Source: Candidatus Bathyarchaeota archaeon (GTDB lineage Archaea > Thermoproteota > Bathyarchaeia > Bathyarchaeales > Bathycorpusculaceae). From it: a stretch of 64,000 nucleotides of DNA. This document shows, one piece after another, positions 40,223 through 50,031 of the stretch. The notes beneath the pieces were generated by a model, which saw nothing but the letters and a program-made list of their open reading frames with translations, was not told where the DNA came from and did not search any database. The stretch is taken from NCBI GenBank assembly GCA_963828195.1, contig CAWHDT010000008.1, positions 64,001 through 128,000 on the forward strand, in the 5' to 3' direction. The translations under genes and the position numbers were made by a program. Numbering within the stretch: the stretch's first letter is position 1; each line of letters begins with the position of its first letter.

Positions 40223-41797
40223 TTAAGATGATTTAGATGTCGTTGTGTTTTTACTGATTCTTTCCATTATAGTCAGGGGGAAATCGAGTATTTCTGAGAT
40301 TACTCCTAAACTGGAAAATATGTTTCTAAGATTTTTAATATCATCTCGGCTTAAAGCCCCTGAGAGAGGCGTAAGAGCCAAATAGATTCCGCCAAAAATG
40401 ACTAAGCCTGCCACAAGCTGAATCAAATAAGGCAAGTTGAGAAAATACAAGAAGAAGTAAGTGATTAGTGCGGCTATAGATGAAGTTAAAAATATTTTTG
40501 ATGACGATTTCAGGTCGATAATGGTTCCGTATTTTTTCCTTACCCAAAATACGCTTATAATTACGCTAGGTATGCCATTGAATATGGCGCTTAGTAACAA
40601 GCCGATTATTCCCAGCGTCGGGACCAGAATTAACCCAAGTGGGATGCCTATTGCAATGGTTAACAAGTTTAGTTTCATGTAAAATTTAGTTTCTCCTAAT
40701 GCGGGGATTAGACTATTGATGCTTATCGTCCCAAAAACGGCAAACAAAGAAGTAACAACGCTCAGCTCCAAAAGGGGAGGAGCATAGCTATATTTATTTC
40801 CGAAAAGTGTACCGATGATTGGTTTAGAAAGTACAATAGTTGCCAAAGTTGCCGGGATTAAAAGAAAAGCCGTGTATTTTGCGGAGGAGGTAAAAACTGT
40901 TTTGAGCAGCTTTTTTTCTTTTTCCGGGTTTATTTTCGAGAAAACTGGGAACATCACAGTTGCTATGGGAATTGTGAAGAACGCTGGTAATACTGTAAAG
41001 TTTGTTGCAATGCCGTAATTGCCTATTATTGAGGTGCTGCAAAAGATAGCCATCAAGAATGAATAAAACTGGCTAAGGATTCCGGCTGTGATAGCGGCAA
41101 TGGCGAGAGGAACCCCATATTTTAGCATTGGTTTAAGTTGTTGCAGCAAATCAGACTTGAAAACAAATCGCGAACCAAGCCGTCGGTATATGGCGAAATA
41201 GAGTAGAAACGCTGAAAAGACGCCTGCGACGACTGACCCAATTGTGTAGCCTAATGTAGCGCCTAAGGCTCCGTATCCAAAATAAACCAGAAGCGCAGAC
41301 AGAGTGCTTTGCACTACTGCTTGGCAGATCATTGTGTAGCTGCTAAGTTTCATCTGCTCGAAACCCACGAAAACGCTTTGGGCTGCTCCTGAGAACGCAG
41401 CTGACAAAACAGTGATAGATATAAGGGCTATTAGAAATGCGGATGCGGGTTTTCCAAACACGGCGGAGGCTACAAAACCTGCCATCAACAGTGAGAGAAC
41501 AGCCAAAAATAAGCCAGTTGCAACCTCGAAGGTCATACCTGCTACAATTATTTTTGGAAGATCGCTTTCTTTGTTTTCAGCTCTGGATTGGGCGCAAAAC
41601 TTAGTCATAGCGGTGCTGATACCCCAATCTTGAAAAAGTAGAAAAGTAGAAGCGGGAACAGCCGCAATGGTGTACAATCCATAAGCAGTTGGTAGAATAA
41701 AGATACCGACAATTATGGTTCCAACAGCCAACAAAACCGTTGACAGCATCTTGCCCAGAAAAAGTTGAAAGCTTCCAACCGCTGACGTTTGACCCAT
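40223..41797 (-). CDS. Oligosaccharide flippase (MOP/Wzx family); possible CTG start at 41815
   Basis: Many TM helices, YGLY, DWGIS, MLKYGVPL, IGNYGIA. Confidence 0.88.
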   Translation of the reverse strand: MGQTSAVGSFQLFLGKMLSTVLLAVGTIIVGIFILPTAYGLYTIAAVPASTFLLFQDWGISTAMTKFCAQSRAENKESDLPKIIVAGMTFEVATGLFLAVLSLLMAGFVASAVFGKPASAFLIALISITVLSAAFSGAAQSVFVGFEQMKLSSYTMICQAVVQSTLSALLVYFGYGALGATLGYTIGSVVAGVFSAFLLYFAIYRRLGSRFVFKSDLLQQLKPMLKYGVPLAIAAITAGILSQFYSFLMAIFCSTSIIGNYGIATNFTVLPAFFTIPIATVMFPVFSKINPEKEKKLLKTVFTSSAKYTAFLLIPATLATIVLSKPIIGTLFGNKYSYAPPLLELSVVTSLFAVFGTISINSLIPALGETKFYMKLNLLTIAIGIPLGLILVPTLGIIGLLLSAIFNGIPSVIISVFWVRKKYGTIIDLKSSSKIFLTSSIAALITYFFLYFLNLPYLIQLVAGLVIFGGIYLALTPLSGALSRDDIKNLRNIFSSLGVISEILDFPLTIMERISKNTTTSKSS

Positions 41798-42089
41798 TTC
41801 TGACGCTTTATCCAGACCGATTTCGCTCCTTACGATTCACGAACCATCATTATGCTTTATGCAAAATTGCTTACACATGGAAAGTGAGAGCAAAAAAGTT
41901 TCACACTCAAAAAGGCAATTTGCCCGTTTAACCATAAGGCCACTCATTGGCAAAATGGCAATAATTAATAATTTAAAAGACCCATTTAAACCTTCGATTA
42001 AGTTAGACTTTTTCTCTTACTCGCCGTATTAAGGAACAACGAGTCTTAGTCAAAAGTTAAGGCATACCGAAACATTTAAAACCCATTTG

Positions 42090-42166
42090 TGGTGCGGTAA
42101 CCGGGATTTGAACCCGGGTCCTAGACTTGGCAAGCCTATGTACTGACCAAGCTGTACTATTACCGC
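42090..42166 (-). tRNA. tRNA-Gly(GCC), CCA encoded, no intron
   Basis: GCGGTAATAGTACAGCTTGGTCAGTACATAGGCTTGCCAAGTCTAGGACCCGGGTTCAAATCCCGGTTACCGCACCA folds into a cloverleaf. Confidence 0.96.
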
Positions 42167-42449
42167 ATACACGGGACGCAAAGCAACCAATCTAAATACT
42201 TCCTAATAAACAATGATTCTCGTCTTGATCGTATTCAATCTTTGGTGTCATGTCGCCGCTTCAGACTCCCTAGCTATTAAACTTGCCTTGGCGCCTCTAG
42301 CCTAAACTTTCATCATTTTTACTTAAGCGCACTCTCGAAATTGCCGTTGATATCCCAAAGTGTAATATATTAAATCGGCACAAACTGGACAGTATCAGTG
42401 GAAACCTAAGCACCACTGAGTCTAAAATTAATATAACGGAGAAAACCCA

Positions 42450-43727
42450 ATGAAACGGAACTCAGTAAGCGCAATATGCATATCCATTATGCTTGTGTTA
42501 TCGACCATGATGTTTGGCATAGGAGTTAATTCAACACATGCCCAAACCAATGGATCCGCGCAATATTTTGCTGTGATTTACGCAGGCTCACTCACCAATT
42601 CAACGGGTCCTTCATATCTTAACATTGACGGACAAGAGATCAATATGGGAAGCGGATCTCCTGGCGCAATCTTTTGTTACATACCCGCGCTAAACGTTAC
42701 TGTCGTAGCCACAACGTACGCTGCTTCCGAGGCTTATTCTCCAACCGACACTTTTCCATACACGGTTGATAACGGCCTATTCGTTTTTACTAGGTATTTA
42801 ATGGATCCAACGAGTGGCGATGAAACCGCCTCTATCGTCCAAGTTCCCTTAAACAGCAATGGCGCGGTTGGGTCAGCTATTACCTCCAAAGCATTCAGTT
42901 TTTACGAACCAGACTCTTTTGCGATTGTCGGCAACAGTCTCTATTTCCAAGCTGGGATGTGGTATAATGAATTTGGCGGTAAATGGGAGGGCAATCAATT
43001 AGAGGCTGTTAATCTCACCTCCGGTGCCGAAACACAACTGTTATCGGCGTGTCCATCTAACTTCGGTACATTACTTTCAGCTGGAGGCAACCTCTTTACT
43101 TTTGAATTCGCAAATGCAAATGTCACCATCAATCAACTGGATTTAGACACAGGAAAAGTTGTTCAGGGTGTGGACCTAACTCAGCCGCTTGCTCCCAACA
43201 ATGAAACTTTTTCAGATTGGAGTCTCTCAGCAGATCAAAACTCGTTCTACGTTGCTGCACAGTACCGTCCCGATCAAAATAGTTCCCCAATTGTTTATTT
43301 GTGGACCATACCCTTGACGGAATTCGAGAATGGTAACATCCCGAACGGCCCTAATTATTGGTTCAACAATGGCCAGACAATCAATACGCCATCTGCCAAC
43401 GAGACAGGTGTCGGGTTGATGGGTATTGACGCTTGCGAAGGAAGCGTGCTTCTAAATATGGGCACTTACACAATTCTGTACAATTCCAACACGGCGAGTT
43501 ACACAACCATTCCTGGCGGAAAGGAAGAAGTGTCACTCCTATATGGCGTAACAGATCCTGTAGCAAATACTCCAACATCAACTCCAATTCCAACTCCAAG
43601 TGCGACGTCTACAATACCGGAGTTTCCATCATTAGCGGTCTTAACGCTACTTATGATGATAACCCTCGCCTCTGTCGCAATTATAATTAGAAAACAACAA
43701 AGAAAGGTAACAAAACATAAAACTTAA
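42450..43727 (+). CDS. Surface glycoprotein with PEF-CTERM-like tail
   Basis: Signal peptide, beta-rich body, PT linker, IPEFP, TM helix and basic tail. Confidence 0.75.
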   Translation: MKRNSVSAICISIMLVLSTMMFGIGVNSTHAQTNGSAQYFAVIYAGSLTNSTGPSYLNIDGQEINMGSGSPGAIFCYIPALNVTVVATTYAASEAYSPTDTFPYTVDNGLFVFTRYLMDPTSGDETASIVQVPLNSNGAVGSAITSKAFSFYEPDSFAIVGNSLYFQAGMWYNEFGGKWEGNQLEAVNLTSGAETQLLSACPSNFGTLLSAGGNLFTFEFANANVTINQLDLDTGKVVQGVDLTQPLAPNNETFSDWSLSADQNSFYVAAQYRPDQNSSPIVYLWTIPLTEFENGNIPNGPNYWFNNGQTINTPSANETGVGLMGIDACEGSVLLNMGTYTILYNSNTASYTTIPGGKEEVSLLYGVTDPVANTPTSTPIPTPSATSTIPEFPSLAVLTLLMMITLASVAIIIRKQQRKVTKHKT

Positions 43728-43851
43728 TTTGATTTGCTGGGTAAGATAGCCGACTGCTTTGCTAACTGACTTTTTGGCGCTTCATCGCCATCTGTTAAAT
43801 GTCTATCAGAACCTTTTTATTGTTAAACTTAAAAACTAGTTACGAACACTT

Positions 43852-44850
43852 ATGTCCGAGATAATTAAGGTAGACAATCTTGTGGAAGTTTATTCCGACG
43901 GCACAAAAGCCGTTGACGACATCACCTTCAGCGTGAAAGAAGGAGAATTCTTCGGTTTTCTAGGTCCCAACGGTGCGGGAAAAAGCACCACGATCAAGAT
44001 TTTAACGACACTTCTTAGAAAAACATCGGGCACCGTCACCGTCGCAGGATACGACGTTGTGAAGCAAGCCGCTGATATCCGAAAGATCATCGGGGTTCAA
44101 AGCCAAGAAACAACTGTCGACGGCGACTTAACGGGCAGAGAAAACATAACTCTTCAAGGCCATTTTCATCAGATGGAAACAGAGGAAATCAAAAAACGAG
44201 TCAACGAACTTATCGGCCTAGTAGGTTTAGAAGCAGCCGCAGACAGGCGAGCCAGGAACTACTCCGGCGGCATGAAAAAAAGACTTGACTTAGCCACTGC
44301 ACTTGTCCACAGCCCCAAAGTCCTGTTTCTAGATGAGCCGACTACTGGTTTGGATCCTCAGTCGCGCTCAGCCATTTGGAGTTATCTGGAAAAACTAAAC
44401 AAGGAACAGGGAATAACCATCTTCTTAACAACTCAGTATCTGGAAGAAGCCGACAAGTTGTGCAAACGGCTTTCGATAATTGATGTTGGAAAAATAGTTG
44501 CAAGCGGCTCCCCCCTTGAGTTAAAACGGGAAATTGGTGCAGATTCTATCAGGATTGCGCTTGAAAACTGCCAAAAGGACAATGCTAAAGCAAAGGAATT
44601 GATCAAAAGTCTTACTGATGTCACTGAAATAATGGATTCTGAAGAATGTATTACGGTTTACGCCAAAAATGCTGGTTTACTGATAGCGGATATTGTGCGG
44701 GCCTTAGACAGCAGTGACATTCGGATTGCATCAGTAACGTTTTCTTCGCCGTCGCTTGATGATGTTTTCTTGAAGCATACCGGCAAAAGAATCCGCACGG
44801 AAGAATTGGTTAAAGCGCCGAGCGCCATGTGGGGCGGCGGACGGAGATGA
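43852..44850 (+). CDS. ABC exporter ATP-binding subunit (DrrA-like)
   Basis: GPNGAGKS, YSGGM, LDEPTTGLD, SLDDVFL. Confidence 0.93.
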   Translation: MSEIIKVDNLVEVYSDGTKAVDDITFSVKEGEFFGFLGPNGAGKSTTIKILTTLLRKTSGTVTVAGYDVVKQAADIRKIIGVQSQETTVDGDLTGRENITLQGHFHQMETEEIKKRVNELIGLVGLEAAADRRARNYSGGMKKRLDLATALVHSPKVLFLDEPTTGLDPQSRSAIWSYLEKLNKEQGITIFLTTQYLEEADKLCKRLSIIDVGKIVASGSPLELKREIGADSIRIALENCQKDNAKAKELIKSLTDVTEIMDSEECITVYAKNAGLLIADIVRALDSSDIRIASVTFSSPSLDDVFLKHTGKRIRTEELVKAPSAMWGGGRR

Positions 44851-44856
44851 GTAAAA

Positions 44857-45645
44857 ATGACTTTACTTTCTGATACCCGATACATATTCATAAGGTACCT
44901 AACGAAGCTTGTTCGAACCCCAATCCTGCTGTTCTTTTCGCTCTTTCAACCCATCTTGTTCCTCGTACTGTTCACACAGATTTTTACGCGTCTTGGTAGT
45001 TTTGGCATATTACCGAACGGAGTAAGCTATCTAGAGTTTGCTTCTGCTGGAATTGTTATGCAAAACGCGTTTGGAAGTGCATTACAGTCGGGAAACTCGA
45101 TAGTGGCTGATATCGACTCGGGCTTTTTGCAGAAAATGTTGGTGACACCATTGAGTCGCCCTGCGATTCTGCTAGGCAGGTTAAGCAGCGACGCCTTCAG
45201 AGTGGTTATCCAGACAGCTATAATTCTTGGGTTAGCATACGCTTTAGGTGCTGCAGAAAAAACTCCCTTCAGCGTAAACACGGGAGTTGTCGGAATTTTG
45301 CTAATCTTCTTCACCCTTGCATTCTTTGGGCTTGCATGGTCAGGAATTTCTTTAGCCTTAGGCATGAAGACGCGGAGTTCAGAGACAGTTTTCGCAATCG
45401 GCGGAGTCATTACTTTCCCATTGCTGTTCCTAAGTACAGCGCTGTTACCCCTCAGTTTTCTGCCTAAATGGGTGCAAGATGTATCGATGTTTAACCCTGT
45501 AAGCTACTGCGTTAACGCTACCCGAGCACTGATTGAAAACGGTTACCAATGGAGCACCATACTTCCCGCGTGGGGAGTCATAGGCTTAGTAGCCGTCATC
45601 ACCATGAGCGCTACACTGTACCAATTCAGAAAAGTCGTCAGCTAA
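44857..45645 (+). CDS. ABC-2 permease (DrrB-like)
   Basis: LFQP, LVTPLSR, FLS, NPVSY; six TM helices. Confidence 0.92.
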   Translation: MTLLSDTRYIFIRYLTKLVRTPILLFFSLFQPILFLVLFTQIFTRLGSFGILPNGVSYLEFASAGIVMQNAFGSALQSGNSIVADIDSGFLQKMLVTPLSRPAILLGRLSSDAFRVVIQTAIILGLAYALGAAEKTPFSVNTGVVGILLIFFTLAFFGLAWSGISLALGMKTRSSETVFAIGGVITFPLLFLSTALLPLSFLPKWVQDVSMFNPVSYCVNATRALIENGYQWSTILPAWGVIGLVAVITMSATLYQFRKVVS

Positions 45646-45814
45646 AACTAAGCCGAATTCAACGTGTGTTGCTTGCAGCTTCGGTAAAGACATCGAAGCA
45701 TCTAATTTTTCTTTCTTTTCATGCCCAGCCTTTATTTTACAATTATAATTTTCAGGCCTCCTTCATTTTGTCATGTCTCGCTTTTTGAGGCTTAATTTTT
45801 GTTATTAATTTTAC

Positions 45815-45957
45815 ATTTTGAAAGAACAACAACACCTAGAAATCAAATGTTGTTCTTCTGGGCAATATTTATTTTTAAAAGAAGAAGAAGCTGGTGAAAA
45901 CAATTTTTCTTCTTCTTCTTCCTGTTCCTTTTTGTAGCTGTTTTTTGGCGCAAATAG
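45815..45957 (+). repeat. Dispersed double-palindrome repeat, copy C
   Basis: AAGAACAACA-N16-TGTTGTTCTT and AAGAAGAAGAAG-N18-CTTCTTCTTCTT; ends TTGGCGCAAATAG. Confidence 0.9.
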
Positions 45958-46067
45958 CAGGTAGGTCTATAGGTAGGTTCGGTACGGAACGTGTTTCGGA
46001 TTGCTTTTGTTCTTTCAAGAAATTTTAAGTATAACTTTTGTATAATTAAATAATATGGCGATTACAT

Positions 46068-46271
46068 ATGGTTAAGTGCATAACTAAAACAAGGAAAGTA
46101 GGCGGCTCGATTGTGGTTACCTTGCCAAAAGAAATTGTTGAAACCCAAAGCATAAAAGAAAACCAGTATGTGGAGATTACAGTCAAGAAATGCCGCATAG
46201 ATGGGTTCGGTATTTTCAAGGGCATGGGTTCATTTACAATTGAGGACGAGTTGAAAGGACAACTTGAATAG
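46068..46271 (+). CDS. AbrB/MazE-type antitoxin
   Basis: RKVGGSIVVTLPKEI; overlaps the PIN gene. Confidence 0.85.
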   Translation: MVKCITKTRKVGGSIVVTLPKEIVETQSIKENQYVEITVKKCRIDGFGIFKGMGSFTIEDELKGQLE

Positions 46272-46653
46272 ATACGTTATAGATGCCTGGGCGTGGATTG
46301 AGTACTTCAAAGCAAGCAAACATGGCGCAAAAGTAAAAGAAGTACTGGATGAAGATAACAGTGAAATCTACACTTGCGCCATTACGCTTGCGGAGGTTAC
46401 TAGCAAAGTTGCCAGAGAAAACCGCGATTATAAAGCCGCACATACGTTGCTCTCGAGTAATTCTCAAATTGTAAGTATCAGCGAGGAGCTTTCGTTTGAG
46501 GCGGGGATTATACATTTTGAGATGCGGAAAACTTTGAAGGACTTCGGCCTCGCTGATGCCTATGTGCTTGCTACAGCTAGAAAATTGGGATCAAAAGTTT
46601 TGACGGGCGATGCGCACTTCAAAAATGTAAAAGAAGCTATAGTTTTAAAATAA
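46264..46653 (+). CDS. vapC: PIN-domain VapC toxin
   Basis: VIDAWAW, TLAE, LADA, LTGDAHF. Confidence 0.9.
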   Translation: MNRYVIDAWAWIEYFKASKHGAKVKEVLDEDNSEIYTCAITLAEVTSKVARENRDYKAAHTLLSSNSQIVSISEELSFEAGIIHFEMRKTLKDFGLADAYVLATARKLGSKVLTGDAHFKNVKEAIVLK

Positions 46654-46661
46654 TTGAATTG

Positions 46662-47489
46662 TCAGGTTAAGTCATAGCCTCTGGCTGTTACCATTTTGCC
46701 TTTTATAACCGTGGTTGATGAGTTGCCGACGATTATGGTTGTTACCATGTCGATTTCAGCAGCTAACAGGTTTTTGAGCGTTGTAACAGTGACTTCTTCT
46801 CCCGAACGCCCTGCTTGCTTAACAATGCCCACAGGAGTTTGAGGGCTCATGTGCTTAAGCATTATCTCGTAGGCTTTCGTCAGCGGTTCGATTCGCCCCT
46901 CACTTTTAGGGTTATACAGCACAATTGCGAAGTCTGCAGATGCAGCTGCTTCGAGTCTGCGCTCGATTTTTTCCCAAGGAGTCAACAAATCGCTAAGGCT
47001 AATCACTGCGAAATCGCTTACCAAGGGAGCGCCCAGTTTCGAAGCAGCAGCTGTGGCAGCGGTGACGCCTGGAACAATCTCAACAGGAACGTTTGCTTTT
47101 TCTAATTCCACAACTTCAAGAACTATGCCAGCCATGCCGTAGACGCCTGGGTCACCGCTGCTAACCATTACGACGCGGTAGTTCTCTAAGGCTTTTGAAA
47201 GGGCGATTTGAGCGCGTTCAACTTCTTTGCCCATAGTTCCAGAAAAAATTTCCGCATCAGGTTTGATGATGGATTGAATTAATTTTATGTATGTGCCGTA
47301 CCCGACTACGACGTCGGCGTTTTCGATTTCGCTTCTTGCTTTAGGGGTTAAATGCTCAAGGCTGCCTGGTCCGATGCCGACTACGCTTATTCGCCCTCGG
47401 CTATGGCTACAGTTACCCCGTTTAGCTTGGTCTTTTTCAGTATTAACTTCGAGTTTTTTCCCGCTACTATTAATGCTGCTCGTTCGCAT
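46662..47489 (-). CDS. cbiH: Cobalt-precorrin-3B C17-methyltransferase; start uncertain
   Basis: VVGIGPG, SSGDPGVYGMA, ISLSDLLTPW, LYNP. Confidence 0.93.
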   Translation of the reverse strand: MRTSSINSSGKKLEVNTEKDQAKRGNCSHSRGRISVVGIGPGSLEHLTPKARSEIENADVVVGYGTYIKLIQSIIKPDAEIFSGTMGKEVERAQIALSKALENYRVVMVSSGDPGVYGMAGIVLEVVELEKANVPVEIVPGVTAATAAASKLGAPLVSDFAVISLSDLLTPWEKIERRLEAAASADFAIVLYNPKSEGRIEPLTKAYEIMLKHMSPQTPVGIVKQAGRSGEEVTVTTLKNLLAAEIDMVTTIIVGNSSTTVIKGKMVTARGYDLT

Positions 47490-48487
47490 ACTCCTCCAAC
47501 ACCGATTTTTTCCTGAACCAATTTTGAATCAGGCGAAAGGTCACTGTGACTTAGAGAACGAAGTGCATCGACACTTAAAAATTCAAGCGGCTTCCCCAAC
47601 TGCTCCGCCGCTTTAAGCATGGCAGGCGAATCCCGTTTTATATCAACCGTTGCAAAGCGTTCAACGCTGATTAGGGATAGGTGGGTTTGCTGCAAAGCAG
47701 TGTCAACGGCTTCCATTATGCTTTCTGCGCTTGAATCTTTTCTTGCCCCTAAACCGACGACTAACCGTTTAGTTTTGAGTACGGTGAATGGCTTAACAAC
47801 CTTATCAATCCGTAAAGCACCGGGTGGCAGAGGCTCAGAGGTAACTAATATGCCTGCATCATAATTGTTAATTATTTCCAAGGCTTGATCGGCGTTTTTT
47901 GCTTTCTTAATTTGGTAGCAACCGACCTTTTCAAGAGGGATTTCGACGTCGCCAACTAGTACCATTATCAATCGTTCTTCGTTAACTATGGCGGAGTTAA
48001 CTGCAACAAGACTCTGGGGATTCTGTATGGTCAAATGCAGGGTTCTTGCAAGCTCGTCAACACTTTGTTTGCCGGTAGCGTCAGAAGCCGTCGTAATCAC
48101 TGCTGTGCCGCCAATGCCCTCAGCAATTAGGCGAGCTAACTCGTTTGCCCCACCATAATGCCCCGCCAAGAGGCTTATGACAAATTTTCCAGCAGCATCA
48201 ACCCCAATGACTGCTGGGTCTGTTAGTTTACTTTCAAGATATGGAGCCACGGCGCGTATTGTTATGCCGGTTGCCATAACCGCTACTAAAGCGTCCACTG
48301 AAGGGTAAGTATCCTTAACAAACTCATCCATCTTTTTCACCATGGGAACAACGCCGTTTTTACTGTACTTTTCAGGCGCATAAACCGTACTTGACAAGCC
48401 CGCATTATCTAATGCTTCTTTAATTTTCAACGCGGTTTCTACGCCGCGCCTCGTAATTGCAACAACTGCTATTCCCTTAGCGTACAT
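47387..48487 (-). CDS. cbiG: Cobalt-precorrin-5A hydrolase
   Basis: MATGI, DPAV, SLLAGHYGGAN, ITTASD, GVCERAA. Confidence 0.93.
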   Translation of the reverse strand: MYAKGIAVVAITRRGVETALKIKEALDNAGLSSTVYAPEKYSKNGVVPMVKKMDEFVKDTYPSVDALVAVMATGITIRAVAPYLESKLTDPAVIGVDAAGKFVISLLAGHYGGANELARLIAEGIGGTAVITTASDATGKQSVDELARTLHLTIQNPQSLVAVNSAIVNEERLIMVLVGDVEIPLEKVGCYQIKKAKNADQALEIINNYDAGILVTSEPLPPGALRIDKVVKPFTVLKTKRLVVGLGARKDSSAESIMEAVDTALQQTHLSLISVERFATVDIKRDSPAMLKAAEQLGKPLEFLSVDALRSLSHSDLSPDSKLVQEKIGVGGVCERAALIVAGKNSKLILKKTKLNGVTVAIAEGE

Positions 48488-48488
48488 T

Positions 48489-49253
48489 TCACTTTTCGCC
48501 TTTACGGAACCCCGTAGTGAACGCTGGGTCATAAAGCTTCGATAAATCATACGCTTGCGGGTTGAGGACCTTTCCCACAAAAATCAACGCCGTCTCAGTT
48601 ATACTCGCTGCTTTGACCTTCGCAACTATGTCGTCTAAGGTGCCCTTCACGATTTTCTGCTCAGGCCACGTTGCCTTGTACACCACTTGTGCTGGAGTGT
48701 CTTTTGGGTAGCCGCCTTTCATAAGCTCTTCCACAACACGAGCAATATGTGGCGTGCCAAGAAATATGACCATGGTTGCTTGGTGCGCTGCGAGTTTGCT
48801 GATGCTTTCAGCTTCAGGTACCGGTGTTCTGCCTTCAGGGCGCGTAATGATGACTGTTTGGGAAATGTTTGGCAGAGTCAATTCGCGGTTTAGGGCTCCT
48901 GCGGCTCCTTGCAGGCAACTTACGCCGGGAATGCGGAAGTACCCGATTTTTTCTTTGTCAAGTGCATCCATCTGTTCTTGAATAGCACCATAGAAGCTTG
49001 GGTCGCCGTCATGTACCCTCGCCACAAGCTTGCCTGCATTTGAGGCTTCAACCATGACTTTTAGAACTTCGGGCAAGCTCATTTTAGCGCTGTCATATAG
49101 CTGTGCACCTGGCTTAGCGTATTTGAGGTATTCAGGGTTAAGCAGCGACCCGGCGTATATGACAACGTCGGCTTGTTCAAGGTAACGTTTGCCTTTCAGC
49201 GTGATTAGCTCGGGGTCTCCGGGACCTGCGCCGATAAAAACCACCTTGTTCAT
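48489..49253 (-). CDS. cbiF: Cobalt-precorrin-4 C11-methyltransferase
   Basis: IYAGSL, GDPSFYGAIQEQ, YKATWPEQ, SKLYD. Confidence 0.95.
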   Translation of the reverse strand: MNKVVFIGAGPGDPELITLKGKRYLEQADVVIYAGSLLNPEYLKYAKPGAQLYDSAKMSLPEVLKVMVEASNAGKLVARVHDGDPSFYGAIQEQMDALDKEKIGYFRIPGVSCLQGAAGALNRELTLPNISQTVIITRPEGRTPVPEAESISKLAAHQATMVIFLGTPHIARVVEELMKGGYPKDTPAQVVYKATWPEQKIVKGTLDDIVAKVKAASITETALIFVGKVLNPQAYDLSKLYDPAFTTGFRKGEK

Positions 49254-50020
49254 GCCTTGGCACCATTTCCGTTTTGTTTCCAGTGAATGGGAACTTGGCT
49301 TTTTTTAACGATTGCTACTGAGAAGTAATCTTCAGTTATATCCCAGCTATGCACATCGCTTAATTTGCCTACGAGAACTTTTTCTTCGGGCAATGTGCAA
49401 CGTTTGACTAGGGCGACAGTGGAGTTTGCAGTAAAGCCTGACCTCAAAAGAATCGGAATAAATTCTTTAATGTGATGTGCACATTTCATGAAAACCAAGT
49501 TATCCGCGTGTTTAGCGGTTTCCTCGATGCGGGCTGGGTCAAGGTCTGAAGGAATAATCGAAACCACTTCCTCTTTTTCCGCCAAAGGCAATTTAGAGCT
49601 TGCGCTGGCTGCAGTTACCGAGGTTACGCCCGGTATGATTTCGAGCTCAATTTCCGGGTAGGTTTCCTTGACGCATTCATAAAGATAAAGAAAAGTGCTG
49701 TATAACATTGGGTCGCCAAGTGTGATGAAGGCAACGTTGCCTTTTTTTGCCTTTGCCGCCACTATCGCCGCGTTTTCCACCCATAGTTTCCTGTTGTTTA
49801 ACTCGTTTTTGGTCATGGGGAAGATAAGTTCAAGAATCTCGGCGGGTTTCTCACGTTCCGCTAAGATTTGTTTAACCATGCCAAGAGCCATGCTGGGTTT
49901 ATTCGCGTGAGATTTTGGTACGCAGATAAAGTCCGCTGCTTTGAGGGCTTTCACTGCTTTTATCGTGATAAGTTCTGGGTCGCCTGGACCGACGCCGATA
50001 CCGATGAATGTTCCAGCCAA
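49250..50020 (-). CDS. cbiL: Cobalt-factor II C20-methyltransferase
   Basis: [28 protein letters not shown]. Confidence 0.93.
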   Translation of the reverse strand: MAGTFIGIGVGPGDPELITIKAVKALKAADFICVPKSHANKPSMALGMVKQILAEREKPAEILELIFPMTKNELNNRKLWVENAAIVAAKAKKGNVAFITLGDPMLYSTFLYLYECVKETYPEIELEIIPGVTSVTAASASSKLPLAEKEEVVSIIPSDLDPARIEETAKHADNLVFMKCAHHIKEFIPILLRSGFTANSTVALVKRCTLPEEKVLVGKLSDVHSWDITEDYFSVAIVKKSQVPIHWKQNGNGAKA

Positions 50021-50031
50021 TCAATTTTCAC

